The position numbers were made by a program, and so were the translations under genes. Positions 1 to 8,519 of a DNA stretch of 33,710 nt are shown one piece after another. How positions within the stretch are numbered: the first letter of the stretch is position 1; each line of letters begins with the position of its first letter. The notes under the pieces are model-generated. The model had not been told where the DNA came from and searched no databases. It worked only from the letters and a program-made list of their open reading frames with translations. The DNA is taken from NCBI GenBank assembly GCA_041484665.1, contig JBGPIA010000029.1, positions 1 through 33,710 of the forward strand, written 5' to 3'. The stretch comes from Candidatus Krumholzibacteriia bacterium. Lineage in GTDB: Bacteria; Krumholzibacteriota; Krumholzibacteriia; JAJRXK01.

Positions 1-171
1 CCGTGTGTTTCATGAGCCGGCGTCCCCCGTGATCTGCCGCTGGGCAGCCACGCTTGCCGCCCACGACTCTCGGCCGATCTGCACGATCCCCCGCGCGCCG
101 CCGCCTACCAAGCCCCTAACTTACTGTAAATCAACAACTTGGATCTGGAGCGCGATTTCGATGCTCTTCAC

Positions 172-199
172 TTGCAATTCTTAGTCAATTGACTAAAAT
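172..199 (+). promoter_or_regulatory. Putative sigma70 promoter of the HTH/DUF6036 operon
   Basis: TTGCAA (172-177), 16-nt spacer, TAAAAT (194-199) in an AT-rich patch about 70 bp upstream of the ATG at 268. Confidence 0.6.
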
Positions 200-216
200 T
201 TTAGTCGTTCGACTAA
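181..216. promoter_or_regulatory. Tandem palindromic operator (four TTAGTC/GACTAA half-sites)
   Basis: TTAGTC-aatt-GACTAA-aatt-TTAGTC-gttc-GACTAA; 181-196 and 191-206 are perfect palindromes and 201-216 has perfect 6-bp arms; overlaps the -10 box. Confidence 0.75.
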
Positions 217-267
217 TTTACTGAGCACGACACCAGAGAGGCGACCTCCACCACAGGATGGGCCACG

Positions 268-1239
268 ATGGGAACTGATCGCGCGCACGGAAACAGGCTA
301 AAAGAGCCCTGGGATGAGATCCTGGGCACACGCGGCCAGGTCCGAGTGCTGCGGACGTTGGAGCGGGTCCGCGAGGCGATGGCTGTCCGGGAACTGGCCC
401 GCCGCGCCGCGGTGCACCTTCGAGCGGTGCAGATCGCCGTCGATCGATTGGTCGAGGCCGGAGTGATCGAACGCGTCGGGACGGGAATCCGGCAGCAGGT
501 ACGACTGCGAGTCGACCATCCGCTCACCCCCGCTCTGTACAGCCTGTTCCAAACCGAGCGCGCGCGGTTCGAAGGGCTGGCGGATGCGCTCAAGGCAGTC
601 GTCCGGCAAAAAGCCAGCTCGGCGCAAGCCGTGTGGGCGCACGAACGCCCACCAGACGGAGGGCCATGGCTGGAGCTGGGAGTCCTTGCAGAGAGCGGCG
701 AGGTTGATCGGCTCGTGGACATCCTACGGGAATCGATCGTCCCGCTCACGCGACGCGAGGACGTCCCGATCGAAGTCCGGGGTTGGACGCGTCCCGACCT
801 CGAAGCGTTGGGATCGGCCCGAAGGCCATGGCCCGAGCACGCCATGTTGCTATGGGGGGTGCTACCCCAGCCATCCCGCGGGAAGCTGAGGGAGCCGGCC
901 GTCACCCCGCGTTCCCATCAACGCGTGGACGACGCACTCCGCGAGCGCGCCGAACGCCTCGCCGCTGTGCTCGCGCGCCGACCCGAGCTCGTGCGTCTCG
1001 CGAAGGAGGAGATCGCCAAGCGCCTGGAGACGGCGCGACCCCAAGAGGGGCATACCTTGCGAGAATGGCAGCAGGTGCTCGACGGCATGAGCCCCGCACG
1101 GTTGCGCCGCTGGCTGGTCGACGAAGGGGAACAGGCGACTCGCCTCCGCCAGTCGATGCCCGTGACATTCCTGCGGGCGGCAACTGAGGAGAGCGAAGGC
1201 GCGCCGCGCCGAGCTCGCCGCCCCAAGGGAAAGCGATGA
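268..1239 (+). CDS. Winged-HTH protein with degenerate nucleotidyltransferase-like middle domain and helical C-terminal domain; putative antitoxin/regulator
   Basis: N-terminal HTH-like MAVRELARRAAVHLRAVQIAVDRLVEAGVI; C-terminal LREWQQVLD...EQATRLRQSMP resembles proteins encoded upstream of DUF6036 genes; ATGA overlap with next gene. Confidence 0.7.
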   Translation: MGTDRAHGNRLKEPWDEILGTRGQVRVLRTLERVREAMAVRELARRAAVHLRAVQIAVDRLVEAGVIERVGTGIRQQVRLRVDHPLTPALYSLFQTERARFEGLADALKAVVRQKASSAQAVWAHERPPDGGPWLELGVLAESGEVDRLVDILRESIVPLTRREDVPIEVRGWTRPDLEALGSARRPWPEHAMLLWGVLPQPSRGKLREPAVTPRSHQRVDDALRERAERLAAVLARRPELVRLAKEEIAKRLETARPQEGHTLREWQQVLDGMSPARLRRWLVDEGEQATRLRQSMPVTFLRAATEESEGAPRRARRPKGKR

Positions 1240-1841
1240 CGCGCGAAGAGCTCGAACATGCGATCCGTGCTGCGTGCGATGTTGCGGGGGACAAGGAGGT
1301 CTGGATCTTCGGCTCGCAGTCCATCCTCGGACAGCACCCAAACGCGCCAGAGTCCCTGCGCTTCTCGATGGAGGTCGACGTTGACCCAAAGAACCACCCC
1401 GAGCGGGTGGACTCGATCGATGGGGCGCTGGGCGAGGGTACGCAGTTCCACGACACGTTCAAATTCTACGTGCACGGAGTTTCGATCGAAACCGCGAAGC
1501 TCCCGGCAGGATGGCAGGATCGGACGGTGACCGTGCGCAACGACAACACGCGTGGGGCCACGGGGTATTGCTTGGACGTGCACGACCTGGCTGCAAGCAA
1601 GTTGGCTGCCGATCGTGACAAAGACCGGGAGTTCGTTCGCGCGCTTCTTCGGGAACGGTTGGTCAATTCCGACCAGCTCATGGAGCGGGTCGCCATGCTC
1701 CCCGTTGATGGGCGAGAGCGAAACCGACTGGCGCGCTGGGTCGAGAGTACGAACGAGGAGATTCGACAGGCATCAAGCGCGCCTACCGAAGGCGATGAAT
1801 CTGGAAGCTCATCGAAACCATCCCGCGGAACGACTCCGTGA
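1236..1841 (+). CDS. DUF6036-family nucleotidyltransferase (AbiEii/MenT-like fold), putative toxin
   Basis: MTREELEHAIRAA start, IFGSQS, MEVDV, GALGEGTQFHDTF, DLAASKL and RDKD motifs. Confidence 0.8.
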   Translation: MTREELEHAIRAACDVAGDKEVWIFGSQSILGQHPNAPESLRFSMEVDVDPKNHPERVDSIDGALGEGTQFHDTFKFYVHGVSIETAKLPAGWQDRTVTVRNDNTRGATGYCLDVHDLAASKLAADRDKDREFVRALLRERLVNSDQLMERVAMLPVDGRERNRLARWVESTNEEIRQASSAPTEGDESGSSSKPSRGTTP

Positions 1842-1959
1842 GCCCGCCGGCGGCACGAAGCGCATCACACCTCCGGCAGGACGCGGTGGAGATGCGGAGT
1901 AAGCACACCTCGCTCAGCCACCCGCGCGCCCGGCCGGGAGACTGCGGACCTCGACTCGA

Positions 1960-2691
1960 GTGACGCGCGATGCCCCGCTTCACCCCGCTGCGCGCCGCAT
2001 CAGCGCCGTCACGACGCTCGGGCTGGCGCTGCTTGTGCGCGCCTGCAGTTGCTGTCCTCGCGACGCATGGGAGGCGATCGAGATCGGCACCGATGCCGAG
2101 TTCGAGGACATCTGCTTCGTCGATGAGCGGACCGGGTGGATGGTGGGCGACAACCCGTTCGCCGGCGGGGGCATCCTGGGCTGGACGCAGAACGGTGGGA
2201 AGACCTGGAGCTACCGCAGCGGTCTTGTACAAGACGAGAGCGGCGTCATGCGGTACTCCCTCAACGCCGTGCATTTCTCCGATCCGCTCCATGGCTGTAT
2301 GGCGGGTGACGGCGGCAAGATCCTCGTCACCGTTGACGGCGGAGAGAATTGGCGCCAGGTCCGATACGGGCGCGGGACTAGCGATCACATCTTCGGTCTG
2401 CACTTGATCGACGACCGCGAAGGATGGGCGGTGGGTCTGGGAGGTGTGCTGCACACGCCAGACGGGGGCGAGACGTGGACCAGCGTGGGTCCGCAGGAGC
2501 GCACCTATGTGGACGTCCAGGGGCGAGCGATCCACTTCGTCGATCGGGAGAATGGCTGGGTCGCCGGGCTGCATGCTGGGCTCTGGCGGACCCACGACGC
2601 CGGGAGCTCCTGGACGCGCGTCCAGCTCGTGCCGCCGACCTCTGATGGAAGCAAACTTCCATACTTGTTCGACATGGCCTGGAGTGGGTGA
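1960..2691 (+). CDS. Exported YCF48/BNR-repeat beta-propeller protein, apparently C-terminally truncated
   Basis: Hydrophobic N-terminus with Cys; four blades of the type xxIxFxDxxxGWxxG...TxDGGxTW; stops 8 residues into a fifth blade (LFDMAWSG*). Confidence 0.7.
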   Translation: MTRDAPLHPAARRISAVTTLGLALLVRACSCCPRDAWEAIEIGTDAEFEDICFVDERTGWMVGDNPFAGGGILGWTQNGGKTWSYRSGLVQDESGVMRYSLNAVHFSDPLHGCMAGDGGKILVTVDGGENWRQVRYGRGTSDHIFGLHLIDDREGWAVGLGGVLHTPDGGETWTSVGPQERTYVDVQGRAIHFVDRENGWVAGLHAGLWRTHDAGSSWTRVQLVPPTSDGSKLPYLFDMAWSG

Positions 2692-3057
2692 CCGGGTGCG
2701 GAGCGCCCCGCAGAAGCTGATCCGGCGAGCCTGTGGCGCGGCGCGCGTGCGGTTGCTTCCTGTTCGAGTTCTTCGACGCTGCGCAGCCCTGCAGCGGGAG
2801 TGGAACCGCTTGGACGTGGCGGATCTCTCAAACAAGCGTATGCCCCAGTTCCAGCAGCAGGTGGAGGCGGTGGGTGGGCGCGTCCCGGACGTACAGCGAA
2901 GCTGCGGTTCGGTGAAGGCAAAGTTCGGAGCGCCGGCAGGTCAGGCGGGTCCGGGCGGGCAATGAGCAGCTGCCGCGTCGAGCGCGTCCGCGCCGTGGGC
3001 CGGGTCAGTAGTAGACCCAGCATTTCCAGGCTGCCCCCGGCGTGCCCGAGGCGAGCC

Positions 3058-5790
3058 TCACTTATCCTCCCCCAGTCCCCGGGTCCAGTTCAGCACGATG
3101 ACGAATCCGGTCGGGCGCTGGCCCGCCGGCAGCAGCGCGAGGAAGCGGTCCCCCTCGGGTGCGGCGACGATGCCGCGCAGCCCCGACGGCAGCGTCTGCA
3201 GCAGGCGTGGCGGACCGGTGGTCAGCGACGGCTGGGTGCGCACGTCGCAGACAAAGAGCGAGACTCCACCGCTCCCCAGGAAGTAGATCTCGCGATCGTC
3301 CTTCCGCCACGCAACGCTCCCTCCGAGGGCCGCGACTCCCGCGCTCGACACGCGATGCGGGCTCGTGGGCTGGGGAAACGTGTCGATGAAGAGCTCGTTG
3401 CGCCCCGATCCGTCACTGGTGTACGCCAGCCAGCGCCCATCGTTGGAGAGGACGGCGAGATCCTCGCTCGCAGGCGTCCCCACGTAGGTGCGGGTCGAGC
3501 CGGTATCGCCCATCGCCTTGAACATGATGTCGCGCTGATGACCCGGGATCATCTGCGTGAACACCAACGTCCGCTGGTCGGGGGAGATGGACATCGGCTC
3601 GACGTATTCTCTGCGGGCGAGGAGCAGTAGCCGTTCCGCGTTTCCGCTCGTGTCCAGAAGCGAGATCCGGTTCACCCCGTCGGCTTGGACGAGACAGGCT
3701 ACGCCCCGAGCGTCCGGAGCCCAGGCGGGCACCGCGATGGACTGATTCTGCGAGCCCAGAGCCGTGTGCGTGCCCGCGGTCAGATCGAATACCAGCGTCC
3801 GATACTGCGGCGCCACCTCGCTTGCGGCGCACCGGTCACCCGCGGGAGCAATTGCCGGACCGATCAACACACCTGGATAGCTGGCTGCCACCTGCAAGCG
3901 GCGGCCCTCCCGCGTCAGCCAGACCAGCTCGGTGGGACGGCGGTCCGTCTCCGCGTAGGCCATGACCCCGCTCTGGCCGGAGCTGGTCACGGGCGAGAGC
4001 GTGATGCTGCCAGCGACCATCGGCCGGTCGGCGAGCAGCACGGGCTCACCGAGTAGCTTCACCCCGCGTAGCTTCAGACGCTGCGCCATCAAGGCCCGGT
4101 CGCGGCTGAACACGACGTAGTCTGGTGGTGCAAAGGTTGCGGTTGAGAAGGCCTGGAGCAGGGGCCTTCCACGTGGATCGCTCAGCGCTGCAACGCAGGT
4201 ATTGTACAGTTCGCCGCTGGCCGACGGCATCGTCCCGTAGAGGAAATGGTCCCCATCGGGCAAGAACGAAGGGAAGCGATGAGAGATCTCGTTGCGCGCG
4301 CTGTCGAGCGCGGTCGCCGCAGTGGGGACCCCGCCGCTGGCGCTCACCTGCAGCAACGCCGCGTGTGGCTCGGGGGCGAACACGATGACCCCGCCCGGGC
4401 TCCATGCTCCTCCCCGCCCGGCGCTGGCGAGGCACAGCGTCTGGATGGCCCCGCCTGCTGCGGGCACGCGCCTGAGCTTTCCGTCGGCGAAGAAGCCCAC
4501 CTGCCGCGAATCCGGTGACCAGAAGGGAAAGCTCGCTCCGTCGGTGCCATCCAGGGGATGGCTCGCGAGCTCGGCGAGCCAACGCAGCGACAGACGCGTC
4601 ACCCCGGTGCTGTCGGGGAACGTGAACACCAGTGCGCGCCCATCGGGCGAGAGCGCGAAGTTGCCGGGGTCGCCCGCGAAGAAGCGGTCTGTCTCGGGCA
4701 CGATGCTCAGGCGCGTCAGCGCCGCCTGCCTTGGAGCGGGCCGCAGCAGTAGCCAGGTGGAGAGCGTCAAGAGCGCAAGCGCGCCAACGACGGCAACGCG
4801 GAGTGCTCCGGAGTTCCAAGGCCGGCGCGGCGCGCCCCAGCGGGAACCGGTGGAGGAAGCGGCAATGCCCGCGGCTGCGCCCGCGGTACTCGCGGCGCCG
4901 GTCGCGGAGACCCCAAGCCCGCTGTCGCCGGCGAGCGCTTCCACGAGCTCCAACCGCGCATCTCCGATATCGCGCAAGCGCTCCCGGGCATCCTTGCGCA
5001 GGCAGCGGCGCAGCAGCTGTCCTACGCGGGGCGGTGTGTCGGCCGGCAGCGCGCTCCAATCGGGCTCCCGCTCCAGGATCTTCGCGATCACATCGGAGAC
5101 GGTCTCGCCGGCATACAGCTGTCGCCCGCTGAGGCATTCGTAAAGAACGCAGCCGAACGACCAGATATCGGTCCGCCGGTCGACGGGTTTGCCGCGCGCT
5201 TGCTCGGGGCTCATGTACGCAGCGGTGCCCAGGATCAGTCCCACCCCCGTGGCCGGCGAGGTCAAGGTCGGCGAGGCGTTCAGGTCGAGCGCGGAGGTCT
5301 CCACGCCCGCCGAAGCCGCTTTCGCCAGCCCGAAATCCAGCACCTTCACCTGCCCCCCGGGTGCGAGTTTCACGTTGCCGGGCTTGAGGTCACGGTGGAT
5401 GACACCACTCTCGTGTGCGGCCTCCACGCCCGCGGCGATCTGCCGGCACACGTCCAGCGCTTCGTCCACGGGGAGAGCTCCGCGCTTGAGACGCTCGCCG
5501 AGCGTCGGCCCGTCGACGAACTCGAGGATCAAGTAGCGCTGGCCGGCCACCACCTCCAGCCCGTGGATGCCCGCGATGTTGGTGTGGCTGAGCGACGCAA
5601 GCAGCTTCGCTTCACGCTCGAATCGCCCCAGCCGCTCGGGGTCGCGCGCGAAGGCCTCCGGCAGCGCCTTGATCGCAACGTCGCGCCCTAACCGCGTGTC
5701 CCGCGCCCGGTACACCTCCCCCATGCCGCCGGCGCCCAGCGGCGCGAGGATCTCGAAGGGACCGAGCTTGGTGCCAGCGGTAAGGCCCAT
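3058..5790 (-). CDS. Hanks-type Ser/Thr kinase, TM segment, TolB/PD40-like beta-propeller sensor (subtype B)
   Basis: GAGGMGEV, VAIK, HRDLKPGN, DFGLAK, GTAAYMSPEQARG; TM helix; repeated SPDG motifs. Confidence 0.93.
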   Translation of the reverse strand: MGLTAGTKLGPFEILAPLGAGGMGEVYRARDTRLGRDVAIKALPEAFARDPERLGRFEREAKLLASLSHTNIAGIHGLEVVAGQRYLILEFVDGPTLGERLKRGALPVDEALDVCRQIAAGVEAAHESGVIHRDLKPGNVKLAPGGQVKVLDFGLAKAASAGVETSALDLNASPTLTSPATGVGLILGTAAYMSPEQARGKPVDRRTDIWSFGCVLYECLSGRQLYAGETVSDVIAKILEREPDWSALPADTPPRVGQLLRRCLRKDARERLRDIGDARLELVEALAGDSGLGVSATGAASTAGAAAGIAASSTGSRWGAPRRPWNSGALRVAVVGALALLTLSTWLLLRPAPRQAALTRLSIVPETDRFFAGDPGNFALSPDGRALVFTFPDSTGVTRLSLRWLAELASHPLDGTDGASFPFWSPDSRQVGFFADGKLRRVPAAGGAIQTLCLASAGRGGAWSPGGVIVFAPEPHAALLQVSASGGVPTAATALDSARNEISHRFPSFLPDGDHFLYGTMPSASGELYNTCVAALSDPRGRPLLQAFSTATFAPPDYVVFSRDRALMAQRLKLRGVKLLGEPVLLADRPMVAGSITLSPVTSSGQSGVMAYAETDRRPTELVWLTREGRRLQVAASYPGVLIGPAIAPAGDRCAASEVAPQYRTLVFDLTAGTHTALGSQNQSIAVPAWAPDARGVACLVQADGVNRISLLDTSGNAERLLLLARREYVEPMSISPDQRTLVFTQMIPGHQRDIMFKAMGDTGSTRTYVGTPASEDLAVLSNDGRWLAYTSDGSGRNELFIDTFPQPTSPHRVSSAGVAALGGSVAWRKDDREIYFLGSGGVSLFVCDVRTQPSLTTGPPRLLQTLPSGLRGIVAAPEGDRFLALLPAGQRPTGFVIVLNWTRGLGEDK

Positions 5791-5798
5791 GCGTGGAT

Positions 5799-8519
5799 CT
5801 ACCTCGACGCGCTCGAGCGTTGGCGCTGGGCCAACTTCCGCGTCCAGTCGGTGATCAGCGTGACCGGTGACGCCAGGTCACCTTCGAGCGGGACGGTCAC
5901 CAGGAAGCGGTCGCCCGCCGGCGAAACGTCGTAGCGCCAGGGACCACCGGCGCCGTGGAATTGGAAGAGCCTGCGCACCGCCCCGGTCTGGAACCCGGTC
6001 GCCGAGCGCTCGACGTCGATGCAGACGAGGTAGTTCTCGGGATCGACATAGAACAGCTCCCGGCCGTCGCGCCGCCAACGAGGTTCTGCTCCTCCGTCCT
6101 GCGACACCTGCCAGCGGCCGCCCGGCTGCGGGAACGCCGCCACGAAGATTTCGCCTCGGCCGGTCTCGTCCGACATGTAGGCAACCAAGCGTCCGTCTGG
6201 CGAGAACTGTCCGTCGGACTCGCCTCCGGGCCCGTTGGCAACCGGCACTACGGCCCGGTCCCCGGCGAGGCCGACGGCCAGGAGATCACTCTCCGACCGC
6301 GTGCCGCTGTGCTCCGCGGTATAGAGAAAGAAGCCGTCCCGCGATGACTGCGGCCAGACATAGTCCTGCACGGTCACAAGGCGCCCTGCGTTGGATCCGT
6401 CCAGATCGACGAGATCCAGGCTGCCCTTTGCCTGTTCCATAGTCGCGACCACGACCGCCTTGCCATCAAAGACCCACGCGGCCGCCGGATGGTCCTTCAT
6501 GTCCACCGTCAGTTTGCGCCGGCGCCCGGTTGTGAGGTCGATCGTCCAGACGTCGGAGTTACCGCGATCTCGGTTCAGGATGGGCATGGCGGCGAAGCGG
6601 CCGTCCGGAGACATCTGTGGAGCTCCCCCGTAGGTGTAGTCCGCCGGCTCGCCGATGTCGCCGAGCGGATGGCCGCTGCGATCGAGCCATCGCAATTGTG
6701 TGCGCGTCTGATCCTTGCCTGTCATGCAGACCAGAACGCCATTGGCCGAGGCTGCGAACACACCACGGCTGAACCGCTCGTCCATGCGCGCATCGTCGAC
6801 CAAGGGCACCGCCGGCCCCGTGACTGCCAGGGCGCTCGGGTCGAACGGTTGCGCGACCAGAACACCGCCACGGATGTACAGCAGGTGCCCCGACGCGTAC
6901 ACCACGTTCGAAGCGACCTCCACGAGCCGCGTACGGCGCGCCGACCCCAGCTCGCCCGCGTAGATGGTCGGGTTCTTTCCCGATCCAGCGCTAGCCTGGC
7001 GCGCGAGATAGAGGAAGTGGCGGCCGTCCGGGAGAAAATACGGATAGCGGTGCGTTGCCTCGCCGAGCGTGGAGTCCAGCGTCGTCGCATCCATCACCGA
7101 TCCGCCATCGGCGGAGATCCTGGAGACGGGTCCGAACGTGTACCGTGTGAACAGGATCACGCCGTCCTGGTTCCAGGTGCCCCCGCGCGGATCCATCCGG
7201 TCCGCGAGCTGGATGACGGGCCCCCCAGCGACGTCGATCCGTTTGAGCTTGCCGTCGGCGAAGAACCCGAGCGAGCGGCCGTCGGGCGAGAAGAACGGCC
7301 CCTGCGCGCCCTCGGTGCCGGCGAGCGAGCGGGCGTCTTGTGAGGCCAACGACCGAACCCACAGCATGTCGGGACCCTCGCCGTTGCGCGCGCAGAACGC
7401 GATGACCGAGCCATCCGGCGAGAGAGCGAGCGGCAGCGGCCTGACCGTGCTCGAGGAGAACACCACTCCCAGTGGTGGCAGCAACGACGCCTCCACCGCG
7501 GGCGTAAGCGGCCTGGGGCGTGACACGAACGCAACGGCCATGACGCCCAGCAGGACAGCCGCGATCGCGACGCCCCACGCCAACCGCTCTCTGCTGCGGC
7601 GCCTTGTCGACCTCGGCAGCGGCGCACCCGCCTGTGACCCGGCTCCTGCGATCCACTCAAGCTGCAACTTGACGTCGTGCGCGCTCTGGATGCGGTCGGC
7701 CGCGTCCTTGACCAGACACGCCCGAACCAGTCCATCGAGCGCGGGCGGTGTCATCGGCACCAGCTGGGAGATCGGCAGGGGCTGCGCGTTCATGATGGCG
7801 CCGACCAGCGATGCCTGGCTCTTCCCCTCGAACGCGGGCCTGGCCGCGGCCATTTCGTAGAGGACGCAGCCAAGCGCCCAGATGTCCGAGCGCGCATCCG
7901 CCTCGTGGCCTTCCAGCTGCTCCGGCGCCATGTACTGAAAAGTCCCGACGATCGTGCCTGCAACGGTCAGCGGCTGCCCCATCGTCGGCGATTGCGCGAG
8001 CGTCGCCAGCGTCACACCGCTTCCGCTCTCCGGGCCCCCCATCCCGGCCGGGCGCGCCAAACCGAAATCCATGAGCTTCGTCCCGGACTTCGTCAGCATT
8101 ACGTTGCCCGGCTTGAGGTCGCGGTGGATTACCCCTGCCCGATGCGCGCGGTCCAGCGCATCGGCGATCTCCGCTCCGAGCTTCAGCACCTGATCCTGCG
8201 GCAGCGCGCCCCGGGCCAATCGCTGGGCGAGCGTCTCACCCTCGATCAGCTCCATCACGAGGTAGTCGGTGTCGCCTTCGCGGCCCACGTCGTAGAGCGT
8301 GCAGATGTGCGGGTGGTTGAGCGACGAGACGGTCCTCGCCTCGCGCTCGAAGCGCGCGCGGACCTCACGGCTGGCGGCACGCTGCTCAGGCAGCACCTTG
8401 ACGGCGACATCGCGTCCCAGCCGCGTGTCCCGCGCCCGATAGACCTCGCCCATGCCCCCCGCGCCAAGCGGCGCCAGGATTTCATAGGGGCCGAGGCGGG
8501 TGCCGGCGACCATCGTCAT
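5799..8519 (-). CDS. Hanks-type Ser/Thr kinase, TM segment, TolB/PD40-like beta-propeller sensor (subtype A)
   Basis: GAGGMGEV, VAVK, HRDLKPGN, DFGLAR, GTFQYMAPEQLEG; TM helix; SPDG repeats; start may be 8513. Confidence 0.93.
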   Translation of the reverse strand: MTMVAGTRLGPYEILAPLGAGGMGEVYRARDTRLGRDVAVKVLPEQRAASREVRARFEREARTVSSLNHPHICTLYDVGREGDTDYLVMELIEGETLAQRLARGALPQDQVLKLGAEIADALDRAHRAGVIHRDLKPGNVMLTKSGTKLMDFGLARPAGMGGPESGSGVTLATLAQSPTMGQPLTVAGTIVGTFQYMAPEQLEGHEADARSDIWALGCVLYEMAAARPAFEGKSQASLVGAIMNAQPLPISQLVPMTPPALDGLVRACLVKDAADRIQSAHDVKLQLEWIAGAGSQAGAPLPRSTRRRSRERLAWGVAIAAVLLGVMAVAFVSRPRPLTPAVEASLLPPLGVVFSSSTVRPLPLALSPDGSVIAFCARNGEGPDMLWVRSLASQDARSLAGTEGAQGPFFSPDGRSLGFFADGKLKRIDVAGGPVIQLADRMDPRGGTWNQDGVILFTRYTFGPVSRISADGGSVMDATTLDSTLGEATHRYPYFLPDGRHFLYLARQASAGSGKNPTIYAGELGSARRTRLVEVASNVVYASGHLLYIRGGVLVAQPFDPSALAVTGPAVPLVDDARMDERFSRGVFAASANGVLVCMTGKDQTRTQLRWLDRSGHPLGDIGEPADYTYGGAPQMSPDGRFAAMPILNRDRGNSDVWTIDLTTGRRRKLTVDMKDHPAAAWVFDGKAVVVATMEQAKGSLDLVDLDGSNAGRLVTVQDYVWPQSSRDGFFLYTAEHSGTRSESDLLAVGLAGDRAVVPVANGPGGESDGQFSPDGRLVAYMSDETGRGEIFVAAFPQPGGRWQVSQDGGAEPRWRRDGRELFYVDPENYLVCIDVERSATGFQTGAVRRLFQFHGAGGPWRYDVSPAGDRFLVTVPLEGDLASPVTLITDWTRKLAQRQRSSASR

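Noticed and set aside
1..13. Possible start of a divergent minus-strand gene (ATG at 13, MKHT...)
   Set aside because: Only four codons are in the window, so it cannot be supported as a feature
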